NCBI GenBank assembly: GCA_048537945.1
Contig: CM108484.1
Span: 4,082,494-4,146,493 of the forward strand
Source: Mnemiopsis leidyi
Lineage: Eukaryota
DNA length: 64,000 nucleotides
Reading direction: 5' to 3'
Shown: positions 12,620 through 24,229 of the stretch, piece by piece
Numbering within the stretch: the stretch's first letter is position 1
Layout: the number at the start of each line of letters is the position of its first letter
Made by a program: the position numbers and the translations under genes
Notes under the pieces: model-generated
What the model was told of the DNA's origin: nothing
What the model saw: the letters and a program-made list of their open reading frames with translations, nothing else
Database searches by the model: none

Positions 12620-14232
12620 AACATCAATTTTAGGGATAGACGCTTGGGGCGGAAAATCGGTAAAGCTTATATCTCAGGAACCATAAAAGGTAGAAGTATG
12701 AACGACCTCACGTTTTGAAGATAATCGTCTAAATTGTGGCTTAGGGGGGTTGAGAAGTTTCAGAGATAGTTTTAAAACTGTCTTATGACTGTCGTAAAAG
12801 AAAAACACTGTTTTTGTGTGCGGAAAAACGGTAACGCTTATATCTCAGGAACCAAAAGAGGTAGAAGCATGAACGACCTCACGTTTTGAAGACAATCGTC
12901 CAAATTGTGGCTTAGGGGGGTTGAGAAATTTCTGAAATGGTTTTAAAGATGTCTTATGACTGTCTTAACTTAGTCATTTTTTCGATTTTGCGTTATTTTT
13001 CCATTTTCACATTAATTTTCTGACCACATTTTATAAGATAGAGCAAAGAAATACACAAAATTTTAAAGTCAGTCTACTGGTTAACAAATTTTGTGGCGTA
13101 AAATTTTTCTCCAGCAACGTTTTGATAATTTTATGACGTCATGAAATGGGCACCTCCCAAAAAACGGATTTTTGCGTCATTTTGATATTTTTCAATTTTG
13201 AAATCATTGCCATTTCCACATTTTTTAAGATAAAACAATGAATCAACTCGGATTTTAAATGCAGTTAACTAGTTATTGACGTAAACTAAGTAAAAAGTTT
13301 TTCTTACGACATAATCATATATTTATGACGTCCTAAAGTTAGCTCATTTTAAAAAGACGAAATTTTTTCTTTGGGCTAGAAGAAAAATTAGACCATCATT
13401 CTTGTGTAGAATTTTACGGCGATTCCGATGGTGGTAGTTTAAAAGTGCGAAAACTGTTTGAAGACCCCTTAATTGGCCCTAATAGGCCTTAATTGCCCAA
13501 AAATGAGAATTTTCAACTTTGAGCTACAAGAAAAAGTGGACCATCATTTTTGTGCAGAATTTTACGGTGATCCCGATGCTGATAGTTTTAAAAGCCATAA
13601 TGCCCTAATTTGTCTTATGACTGTCGTAAGTTGGAAAATCTGTTGAAGTTTTGGTTGATTGTTCGAAATTCCCGATTGCGCTAAAAAAGAATGATATAAA
13701 TTACCAAAAACCAATAAATTGGTTGCTCCCTTTGACCGGGGAGAGTCTCTTGGCTGAATTCTCTCTAAAAATAAATTGATATTCCGTTTTAGCCCGGGGT
13801 AACAATTAACCTTCACTCCGTCAACTCGGTCGCTTGCTTTTGAGTTTTTATAAATTTACTAGGTACCGATTTATCTGTTAGTGTTAGCATTATTTGGGCA
13901 GGCTTTGCTTGTAGTTGTTGTCAGACGTTGCCAGACCCGCTGCCGCCCCGCAAGGAAATGTAGTTGTAACTTGTAGATGACAAATGAAGTTGTGGGGATA
14001 TAGTATTAGTAATACTTTTAAAATTTAGGAGCGCGAAAGGTAAGGTAAAAATCCACGTAGGCGTAGCCATAAAAAGATAAAAACTCAAAAGCAAGCGACC
14101 GAGTTGACGGAGTGAAGGTTAATTGTTACCCCGGGCTAAAACGGAATATCAATTTATTTTTAGAGAGAATTCAGCCAAGAGACTCTCCCCGGTCAAAGGG
14201 AGCAACCAATTTATTGGTTTTTGGTAATTTTA
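12620..14232 (-). mobile_element. Composite foldback element, copy E2 (inverted relative to E1)
   Basis: Module A' (12620-13699) is the reverse complement of 11077-12160. The hairpin module 13699-14232 has its loop inverted relative to E1. Confidence 0.75.
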
Positions 14233-14262
14233 TACATATATATATATATATATACATATAGA

Positions 14263-15861
14263 ACATCATTTTTAGGGATAGACGCTTGGGGCGGAAAATC
14301 GGTAAAGCTTATATCTCAGGAACCATAAAAGGTAGAAGTATGAACGACCTCACGTTTTGAAGATAATCGTCTAAATTGTGGCTTAGGGGGGTTGAGAAGT
14401 TTCAGAGATAGTTTTAAAACTGTCTTATGACTGTCGTAAGTGAAAAAAACTGTTTTTGTGTGCGGAAAAACGGTAACGCTTATATCTCAGGAACCAAAAG
14501 AGGTAGAAGCATGAACGACCTCACGTTTTGAAGACAATCGTCCAAATTGTGGCTTAGGGGGGTTGAGAAATTTCTCAAATCGTTTTAAAGATGTCTTATG
14601 ACTGTCTTAACTTAGTCATTTTTTCGATTTTGCGTTATTTTTCCATTTTCAAATTAATTTTCTGACCACATTTTATAAGATAGAGCAAAGAAATACACAA
14701 AATTTTAAAGTCAGTCTACTGGTTAACAAATTTTGTGGCGTAAAATTTTTCTCCAGCAACGTTTTGATAATTTTATGACGTCATGAAATGGGCACCTCCC
14801 AAAAAACGGATTTTTGCATCATTTTGATATTTTTCAATTTTGAAATCATTGCCATTTCCACATTTTTTAAGATAAAACAATGACTCAACTCGGATTTTAA
14901 AGGCAGTTAACTAGTTATTGACGTGAACTAGGTAAACAATTTTTCTTACGACATTATCATATATTTATGACGTCCTAAAGTTAGCTCATTTTAAAAAGAC
15001 GAAATTTTTTCTTTGGGCTAGAAGAAAAATTAGACCATCATTCTTGTGTAGAATTTTACGGCGATTCCGATGGTGGTAGTTTAAAAGTGCGAAAACTGTT
15101 TGAAGACCCCTTAATTGGCCCTAATAGGCCTTAATTGCCCAAAAATGAGAATTTTCAACTTTGAGCTACAAGAAAAAGTGGACCATCATTTTTGTGCAGA
15201 ATTTTACGGTGATCCCGATGCTGATAGTTTTAAAAGCCATAATGCCCTAATTTGTCTTATGACTGTCGTAAGTTGGAAAATCTGTTGAACTTTTGGTTGA
15301 TTGTTCGAAATTCCCGATTGCGCTAAAAAAGAATGATATAAATTACCAAAAACCAATAAATTGGTTGCTCCCTTTGACCGGGGAGAGTCTCTTGGCTGTT
15401 CTCTCTAAAAATAAATTGATATTCCGTTTTAGCCCGGGGTAACAATTAACCTACACTCCGTCAACTCGGTCGCTTGCTTTTGAGTTTTTATAAATTTACT
15501 AGGCACCGATTTTTCTGTTAGTGTTAGCATTATTTGGGCAGGCTTTGCTTGTAGTTGTTGTCAGACGTTGCCTGACCCGCTGCCGCCCCGCAAGGCAATG
15601 TAGTTGTAACTTGTAGATGACAAATGAAGTTGTGGGGATATAGTATTAGTAATACTTTTAAAATTTAGGAGCGCGAAATGGTAAGGTAAAAATCCACGTA
15701 GGCGTAGCCATAAAAACTCAAAAGCAAGCGACCGAGTTGACGGAGTGTAGGTTAATTGTTACCCCGGGCTAAAACGGAATATCAATTTATTTTTAGAGAG
15801 AACAGCCAAGAGACTCTCCCCGGTCAAAGGGAGCAACCAATTTATTGGTTTTTGGTAATTT
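14263..15861 (-). mobile_element. Composite foldback element, copy E3 (tandem to E2)
   Basis: Near-identical to 12620-14232. Preceded by a (TA)n tract at 14231-14262. Confidence 0.75.
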
Positions 15862-15869
15862 AAGTCATA

Positions 15870-16560
15870 ACATGACACAGGTGAGCTGGCGACCTTGTCA
15901 AATTTTTACCCGACTCGCTGCTCGTGCATGCTCTCTTCGTTAGACAGATATCATTTTGTCAAATTGCTAAACATTTATATTCCTCATGTGTGAGCTTAGC
16001 GCGAAATAAGGACGGGCGCGCGACGCAAAAGCTTATCTGTACGTCCCAATTCGAGTTATCCGGCGCTGAGCACGAAGGCTGCCGCTTCGCGGCAGCACGG
16101 CTAGGCAACGTGCGGTAAGCTTAAGCAAGCGCAGGGCGAGCCATGTTGGCTTAGCTACTAATTGTCAAACCTGTCCGAATTCAGATCAACCGCGTGCGCA
16201 CTTACGGGCTATACTGGTTTAGCAAAGACTTTGTCGCGGTGATACCAGACTCTCGCAGCTCAAAGCTTCGTTTAACGGGCGATGCGCGTCTAGAATTTCT
16301 TCAAAATTCACCAAGTCGCCAGGCCAGAAATGCGTGAGAGCCGCGACAGTATGTTATCAACCTACAAAGCTTCGTTTCTGTTAGACGGTCACCGTCATGG
16401 ATATGACGAGGTGGTATCCGTCTTACGTTATAACGAAACGTTAGGTGAGCAGCAAGCGAGTCGGGTAACACCTGCTACAAGTTGCATAGCCCTGTTGCCG
16501 CGAAGCGGCAGCCTCCGGCCACACCCTACGCGACGTGTGCAGAGAAAACACTATATATTT
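15870..16560. repeat. Inverted-repeat bounded segment (MITE-like) that contains a copy of the TGTCGCGG repeat family
   Basis: gtgagctg...tacccgactcgctgctcg at 15880-15925 is complementary to cgagcagcaagcgagtcgggtaacacctg at 16440-16480. A palindrome gctgccgcttcgcggcagc lies at 16075-16095, and the family copy lies at 16233-16400. Confidence 0.45.
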
Positions 16561-16809
16561 GCGATTTTTTCCTGTTACAGTAGGCGCGACATGCTATACA
16601 TCATTCGAAAGAAGAACTAATCACTAGATCAGCGCAAAAAGAATTTTTTAAATCTGATGAATGTAATGAAAGTTATGTTAAAAAGATTAGATTTCATCCG
16701 TAAACTGACGAAAATGGCGCCGCGCGCGGCAAAATTTCCTAATATTTTTGTATTGGCGCGTATAAACGCTTGCGGAGTTTAGCAGAGCTGCCAGAGCTGC
16801 TAAGCCACC

Positions 16810-17920
16810 TGCTGCAGCTATAGTCGGGGAAATATAAACTGGCGCGGCCGTTTGCGGAGGGTCGGAGTGATGCACGTTTGTTTTGACACGTGACGTCTTG
16901 GCCCAATGCCAAGTACTCATTTATAAGTAATGGTCGTCTGCGAATCCACCTCAGTTTGTTCTATTTATGGTAACGTCGGAAGGCTGCACGTTTGTTTTGA
17001 CACGTGACTATCCCCTTGGCAGCTTGCCAACGCCTATTAATTGTGTTCCTCTCCTGTTCTATTTATGGTAACACATTCTTGTCGGAGTGATGCACGTCTG
17101 TTTACAAAATGATCCAGAAGCAGCTTAACACTGTTTTTGTGGAGATAATATGCTGGTAAATGATAAGGAACGGTGTGTGCTATATTGGATATATTTAGAG
17201 CTAATTGTACACATTAACGACCACTTACATCCAATTGACATTGTACACGCACCCAAAAGGTTGCAGATTTTCTTTTCGGATCGAGAAGCCTGAAAACCCC
17301 AAAAATTGACCCTAACCATTTGAGACCGGACAAACGGCTCTTGGGCCAAAATTTGACGGCGAATCCAATTAAGGTGGTCCCAGACCCCCAAAAAAGATCC
17401 TTCATCCTCAAAATTGCAGCTTCTTTTTCAAAGCCGTAACCTAACTACAAGAGGATTGGGTGTTTGGAGGCACTTTTCTCGACTAACCCGACCTTAAATT
17501 TCATGAACAACCGATTGCTTACGGTCATAAAGTCCGGAGATAGTTCTTTTTACGTGTACGCAATTATTTTTAGTTTTTATTTTAGTTTTGCTACATGTCC
17601 TGTCCTCTCTAACTCTACTCTTTTTGGCTTCGTAGTGCCAAAAGTGAGGAATGATTCAAGTCACGAGAGTTGCAGGATTCCACCTTGGAAATGAGGTGTT
17701 TGTGCTTTAGTGTTAATGTTAGGAGCGTAAGGAAAGCCCAAAAATTAGCTTCAACCTTTTGGGACCGGACTAACAGGTCCTGTCCTAAAATTTGGCAGTC
17801 TCCAAGAAGCCAAGAAGGGACCGGACTAACAGGTCCTGTCCTAAAATTTGGCAGTCTCCAAGAAGCCTGACACTTCCACCGTTGGAATTCCACGGGTGGA
17901 ATTCCACGGGTAGAATTCCA
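16810..17920 (-). repeat. Left arm (X1) of a large inverted repeat. Copy of a roughly 1.1-kb element lacking the internal minisatellite
   Basis: 16820-17720 is the reverse complement of 22700-23585 and includes ...ctatagtcggggaaatataaactggcgcggccg.... The X1 terminus at 17870-17920 carries GGAATTCCAC-type palindromic repeats like 21560-21590 and 22385-22420. Confidence 0.8.
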
Positions 17921-18009
17921 CGGGTAATTGTTTTAGGTTCTTTATAGTTCTTTTTTAAGATTTAAGAGCAGGAATTAAACTTATATTTAGGTTAGATTTG
18001 ATAAGTAAT

Positions 18010-18345
18010 TTATCAAAACCCAAAACTTGGGTGTAGCGTGACCGTCTTTCAAGTCAGCATTGTCCATTACACATCGAAAAGGAGTGATATAAGATGATGG
18101 ACCGTTTGAATGGACCAATAAGTACGAAGATGAATTAAAATTACGGTCCCTAATTTTCGGCAAGTTTATGTCTTTTCAATGCTATTCATCTGTAAAAAAT
18201 AGGGACCGTAATTTTAATTCATCTTCGTACTTATTGGTCCATTAAAACGGTCCATCATCTTATATCACTCCTTTTCGATGTGTAATGGACAATGCTGACT
18301 TTAAAAGACGGTCACGCTACACCGAAGTTTTGGGTTTTGGTAAAT
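18010..18345. mobile_element. Perfect hairpin MITE (about 335 bp, arms about 150 bp)
   Basis: 18010-18165 is reverse-complementary to 18190-18345 (gtgtagcgtgaccgtctttcaagtcagcattgtccattacacatcgaaaaggagtgatataagatgatggacc...). Confidence 0.8.
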
Positions 18346-18617
18346 TATATCACCCTTTTTTGGTTTAAAACGAGCTGAGTCCGTGAAATTAGCTTTTTAT
18401 GCGCTTTTTGTCTTTTGATAATTATCCCACGGTTCGTGACATCAAAAGGGCGTGGCCTTATATCATTTTCAGATAAAACCTCAACAAATATGCTCTTAAA
18501 ACTTTTACTTACCACAGCATAAGTCGCTTAAGGCCAAATAATTTGTAATTCTGATTCAACTTATTCTTGTAGATTGACGAAATTTGACGCTAATTTCAGT
18601 GAAAAACGTTCCTCTTT

Positions 18618-19663
18618 GAGCGGCTGACCGACAACTAAGAACCAATCAATTTCACCTTGATTTACCTTGTTAACTAATTAACATGCTAGGCCTGAGAAAT
18701 TCGTCAATCATGACGTTTTACCGACAACTAAGAACCTCTGTAATGTGAGAACCTCTAGTGAAACTCCAATACACAATAGTCCTAGTCCTATAATATAAGT
18801 CTTATGAATGTTTATTTGCACTGTTTCCTTTGAATTTTTGAGTACTCAATGAGACAAATGTATATTTGATGATATTTTCTTGCTGGAGTAATCCGCGTAT
18901 TCGGAGCAGATCTTGAACAACTCTTCATGAGAAGTCTTCCTTCTTTTGGAAGGAGTCTTTCCCACTTCCCCACTTCCTCCGAGTCGATTAATGTGGTAAT
19001 CAGATTTTACCTGCGTTAAACTTCTTCTGAATTTTCTTTTGGACAGCTTGGCAGCGTTGTCAGCAGGGTGGTTGTGAGGTTTGGAACCCAGAGTGAAAGA
19101 GTTATCCGTCAGGGTGAGGTAGGCGTGACAAGGACACTTCGTGGGAGGATTGTTCTTCCGACATCTCCAGGCTGAGTAGAGGGGAGTATCTCTAGGCTTC
19201 TTTCTTGAGTAGATGAATCCGTCTGAGTCCACCATCTGTTGAGATCCTCTCTGTCCATCGATGAATTTGGAGAAGGTAGGCATGTTGAGTCGAGTGATAC
19301 TCCTCAGTTCCATGGTTCCGTATATATATACCATAGCCTAGATCGTACATTAACAGCTGATCAAAGTTCATATAACTCACCCTGCTTGTCCTCGGCTCAC
19401 GTGCTGCATGTCCTCAACACGCATGGCTAACGTCCCTTTCACGTAGCCTTTCAAGACTAGGATCAGTATCACGTCTCGTGCGTTCAACCCTCCAGTTCCA
19501 CGTAAAACCTACCCAGGTTCTTACATCTTAAGTTGGTTCTCAGATATCCACCTGAATCCCACCAAAGCTAGTGGATCACATCACAAATGAAACGTCACTA
19601 ATTACATCTAGTCAGGTGATCCCTGTGGGAACTGGGATTGATTGGTTCTTAGTTGTCGGTCAC
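18618..19663. mobile_element. About 1.05-kb element with roughly 30-bp TIRs (GAGCGGCTGACCGACAACTAAGAACCAATCAAT) enclosing a FLYWCH zinc-finger ORF
   Basis: The left TIR at 18618-18650 is reverse-complementary to 19636-19668. An extra partial TIR copy lies at 18716-18745. Confidence 0.6.
18846..19334 (-). CDS. FLYWCH-type zinc-finger domain ORF (...MVDSDGFIYSRKKPRDTPLYSAWRCRKNNPPTKCPCHAYLTLTDNSFTLGSKPHNH...)
   Basis: Shows the F..Y......YW.C......C.C.A.......H spacing characteristic of FLYWCH zinc fingers. It lies inside the TIR-bounded element and is probably a transposase-derived fragment. The true start is unknown. Confidence 0.5.
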   Translation of the reverse strand: MVYIYGTMELRSITRLNMPTFSKFIDGQRGSQQMVDSDGFIYSRKKPRDTPLYSAWRCRKNNPPTKCPCHAYLTLTDNSFTLGSKPHNHPADNAAKLSKRKFRRSLTQVKSDYHINRLGGSGEVGKTPSKRRKTSHEELFKICSEYADYSSKKISSNIHLSH

Positions 19664-19983
19664 CGCTTTGAGCGCTACTAACCTAGGATGATAAAATTAA
19701 AATGAGATGATTAAGTGTTTGAGGGCATTATTTAAAAACTATATTGATTTCCTAACAGACGCCATAACCAGAAAAGGTCGACACATGATCCGCGTCCGGC
19801 TCAACCAACAAAATTCATCGGTAATAATTTGGTATTTTTATCGTTTTTCTTGAAATTTTCCCACGGTTGATGACGTCACCTGGGAGTGGTCTTTCAATAT
19901 TTTTGCATGAAACCTAAACGAATGCACAATTCAAACTATCATCTATTGGACTTTGTGTAGTTTAAGTCTCAACTATTCGTCAT

Positions 19984-20092
19984 TTCAATTCTGTAAGATC
20001 CCCCAATTTCTAGATTTTTGACGTAAAATTTGGTAAAAAGCACTTATCCCCCAATTTCTAGATTTTTGACGTAAAATTTGGTAATAAACACT
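19984..20092. repeat. 2 x 54-bp tandem repeat (cccccaatttctagatttttgacgtaaaatttggtaa)
   Basis: Direct duplication read from the sequence. Confidence 0.7.
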
Positions 20093-20278
20093 TATATTTG
20101 TCTGCGACTATCTCGATAATGCAATAAGATAACCGTCCAACCATCTGTCACTTTAAGGCTAATCTCGCATCAAAGGCTAAAAAAGCCAGCGTGTCTTTCT
20201 CAGTGCTTCCCCCAAATATACCTGGGATGAATTACGGAGATTTCTGGCCACCATCATCAGACAAGCAGCGCATGTCCA

Positions 20279-20536
20279 GTGCACATCAAGTCGAAGCTCC
20301 AGAAGCATTTCAACAGTCTGTGGGATATTGAACGACATAGGAGTACCAAATTAAGCTACGACAACCAGGTGAAAATCACACCTCATGTGCAATACGAAGA
20401 CTTCCTCGATCTGACTAACGATGAAGATCGCAAATGCTTCATGCGGTTGAGATCAAGTAGTCACCGACTAAACTGCGAAACAGGAAGATATGTCACAGAA
20501 AAGGAGTTAACGAAAGGCAATGGAACGAAATCTTAG
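20279..20536 (+). pseudogene. Fragment of a non-LTR retrotransposon ORF2 C-terminus (..CFMRLRSSSHRLNCETGRY..)
   Basis: Matches the conserved LINE C-terminal RLRxGHxRLNxHL-like motif. Short and isolated. Confidence 0.35.
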
Positions 20537-21039
20537 CACAAGAGATGCGAATTCTGTACAACTGAATAGACGAAATGGCTCTCTCATCTACCTTTTTGCA
20601 ATATCATAGAAGAGGACTACCTTTTTGCAATATCATTGAAAAAAAGTGATGCTACCAAATTCTTTCCGTACTTTAAATTTTTGTTTACTTCAGGCAGAGC
20701 AGCAGCGACTTAGAAGTAGAACATCTTCGTGTTGCAAAGATTGGAATACCTTTTTTAACCTTGCTTAGTGCTTTGGAAAACGTGATGTACCATAATTTGG
20801 GACCAGAGCATTTGTTAAGCATCACTGCGCAAAAGAATGATCGTATGGAGGCCAAATCCAGCTGAAACATGAGTCACTTCTGCCGGTGTAATACAGGCGA
20901 CAAACTTTCGCTTGCCGAATAAGATCGTCGGATCAATTTGTGTCCAATACTGGGTCAGAAAACATCGTATATACAGCGATTACGCTGATCACAATTGCAC
21001 GGTCGAAGCAAATTGTTGGGTTTCCCTCAAGCTCCTAAC

Positions 21040-21590
21040 AGTAACACTAAAGCATGAACACCTCATTTCCAAGCTGGAATCCTGCAACTCTCGTGACTCG
21101 AATCATTGGTGACCGTCGTTCTGCCCCAGAACATCGTGCCCCAGAACATTTTGCCCCAGAGATTTTTCCCCAGTGACTCGTGCCCCACAACATCGTGCCC
21201 CACAACCTTGGGCCCCATTCCCCAATGACCCCCTGCCCCAGTACCTGTACACTATACCCCAGGGATAATGCCCCAGTGTCGTCGTGCTCCACAACCTTGT
21301 GCCCCACAACCTTGTGCCCCACTGACATCCTGCCCCAGGGACAATGTGCCCCTGGGACAATGTCCCAGTGACTTCGCGCCCCACAACATCTTCCCCCACA
21401 ACCTCGGGCCCCACCAACCTCTTGCCCCAGTACACTGTGCCCCAGAGATAATGCCCAAGTGACGCCGTGCCCCCCGACGTCGTGCCCCATAACATCGCGC
21501 CCCACTAACCTCCTGTCTGCCATGCTAGTCACGTGAATAAAGTTCGATCTCACGTGACACCGACACTTCCGCCGGTGGAATTCCACAGGT
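21040..21590 (-). repeat. Partial inverted copy (X2) of the 1.1-kb element, including a roughly 390-bp minisatellite of 15-nt GTGCCCCACAAC(A/C)TC-type units (21110-21500)
   Basis: 21040-21110 is the reverse complement of 17650-17720. 21500-21590 is the reverse complement of 22385-22470. The W/G-rich ORFs are minisatellite artefacts. Confidence 0.75.
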
Positions 21591-22384
21591 GTGGAAGTTT
21601 ACTTGATTCAGACAAGAGTCTAATTTGAATTGGTCAAGCGTTCATTTCGGATATGACAGTTCGCTTTTTTCGGAACACGAATAGGACAACAGTCCGGTCC
21701 GTTTCGGACAAGAGTCCACCTTGGACAACAAACTCATCGACGTGGAACCATATCCGCAAACCAGATATGAGGTACCGCACTCTTATCCAACAGGAACCTT
21801 AGTCGCAGCAAAAGCAGAATTCAGGGAGTCCACCGTTTTCGAGCAGTTTCTAATGGTTCATCCACCCATCACTAGAAACTTTCTCCTGTCCCCTACAGTT
21901 GATAGTTATAAAATGACGCTGAGGGAGGAGAACTTCGTTCTCTTCAAGTCTTCTCTACGAAAAATAACCTGAAAGACTTGGAGGAGCTAAATTGGATAGC
22001 TTCGGGACTTACTGTGTCTGCCCGAGAATCTTGATCCAGCAGAGTAACTACAGTTACCCATCTCGACCCAGTTGCTGCAGGGCTGACCTCTTCTAAGAAG
22101 TATATGACGTCTTACAGCGACTCGTTGGTTTTAAGAATCACTCATTAACTCTAGACTTCTTGAGTATAAATTCGCTAAGGCCCAGTTCTTTGGCCGCTCT
22201 CTCGCTGTTTACAGTTTAATTGACTGTTGTTTTGAGGTGGGCAGGATTGAACTTTGACACTGACTTGCGTCCATTAACTATGATTGAAAGACCACATAAC
22301 TTGTCGCTTGAAACTCAACAAGATGAATTGATTGGGAACCCAATCAAGTTCTCACGCTACCCCGTCAAGCTTGTTTAATCTAGT

Positions 22385-23590
22385 GAACTTCAACCGTTGG
22401 AATTCCACCGGCGGAAGTGTCGGTGTCACGTGATATCGAACTTTAATCATGTGACAAGCAGGCAGGAGGTTAGTGGGGCCCCGAGGTTGTGGGGCACGAA
22501 GTCGTGGGGCACTACGTCACTGGGGCATTATCCCTGGGGCACAGTGTACTGGGGCAGGAGGTTGGTGGGGCCCGAGGTTGTTGGGCACGACGTCACTTGG
22601 GCATAATCCCTGGGGCATAGGATGCCAGTGGAGCACAAGGTTGTGGGGCACGACGTCGTGGGGCATGACGACACTTGGGCATTATCCCTGGGGCACAACG
22701 TGCTGGGGCAGGACGACGGGAATAGAATCGTTCCTCACTTTTTGCACTGCGAAGACAAAAAGAGTAGAGTCAGAGAGGACAGGACATGTAGCAAAACTAA
22801 AATAGTGCTTGAGAATTTGAAATAATGCGATTTAAGAAGAAATATTGCCGTATACGTAAAACGAACTATCTCCGGACTTTATGACCGTAAGCAATCGGTT
22901 GTTCATGAAATTTTAGGTCGGGTTAGTCGAGAAAAGTGCCTCCAAACACCCAATCCTCTTGTAGTTAGGTTACGGCTTTGAAAAAGAAGCTGCAATTTTG
23001 AGGATGAAGGATCTTTTTTGGGGGTCTGGGACCACCTTAATTGGATTCGCCGTCAAATTTTGGCCCAAGAGCCGTTTGTCCGGTCTCAAATGGTTAGGGT
23101 CAATTTTTGGGGTTTTCAGGCTTCTCGATCCGAAAAGAAAATCTGCAACCTTTTGGGTGCGTGTACAATGTCAATTGGATGTAAGTGGTCGTTAATGTGT
23201 ACAATTAGCTCTAAATATATCCAATATAGCACACACCGTTCCTTATCATTTACCAGCATATTATCTCCACAAAAACAGTGTTAAGCTGCTTCTGGATCAT
23301 TTTGTAAACAGACGTGCATCACTCCGACAAGAATGTGTTACCATAAATAGAACAGGAGAGGAACACAATTAATAGGCGTTGGCAAGCTGCCAAGGGGATA
23401 GTCACGTGTCAAAACAAACGTGCAGCCTTCCGACGTTACCATAAATAGAACAAACTGAGGTGGATTCGCAGACGACCATTACTTATAAATGAGTACTTGG
23501 CATTGGGCCAAGACGTCACGTGTCAAAACAAACGTGCATCACTCCGACCCTCCGCAAACGGCCGCGCCAGTTTATATTTCCCCGACTATA
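22385..23590 (+). repeat. Right arm (X3) of the large inverted repeat, a complete element copy with the minisatellite at 22470-22720
   Basis: Reverse complement of X1 and X2. Terminates at ccccgactatagtcgac near 23585. Confidence 0.8.
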
Positions 23591-24229
23591 GTCGACTGGC
23601 CTCACTATAGGACGTTCGAATCAAAATCTTTAATTCTTTAGCCGTTGTTTTCAATATTGCTAGTGGCTCGGCGTTTAAATTAGTGACTAATCTTATGCAT
23701 TGCATATGTTATGGATAGGACCAAGGCTTAATATTGTTTAGGCGTTAGAGTTAGGTCGATAAGGTCTGAACACAGAGCTGACGTTTACCGTAAACTTCGG
23801 TGTATCATGTTTAATTTTTGAAGTGCGTTTTCTAGAGTGATCAGAATCACGTTCATTTAAAGAAATAATCTTAATCTTGATATTTAGATATTTGTATTGT
23901 ATTTGCAATGTTTTGCCCTAACTCCGTCAGTGTAAAAAGCTTAGTGAGTGGACGAGTGGTTATGGGATACTTTTTGGACCGTCAATGGTCTAACTCAACC
24001 CAAACGGCCAACAGTCTACTCAGGGATATAGCTCCTTATAAATCTAGTCCTTAATCTTCGGAGTCCCTGGTTCAGGGCCTGTGCCTTGAGTCTTGTTCAA
24101 CCCCACTGATTACATTCATCTTATCATTAGTTCATGTTGTCCAGCGATGCCAATCTTGTCCAGCGAAAATCGGGTAAGGTGCGTAATTTTCGAACTGTTA
24201 ATTGCATTAAATTCGTTGACTCTCACTCC

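Noticed and set aside
16070-16100. U6 snRNA-like motif (gcttcgcggcagcac)
   Set aside because: Only a short palindromic GC-stem resemblance. The U6 hallmark ACAGAGA and the rest of the U6 body are absent.
21047-22805. W/G/H-rich ORFs (up to 179 aa) overlapping the GTGCCCCACAAC minisatellite
   Set aside because: They are periodic translations of a 15-nt repeat unit (WGT.. repeats). A mirror-image ORF appears in the inverted copy. The composition is driven purely by the repeat.
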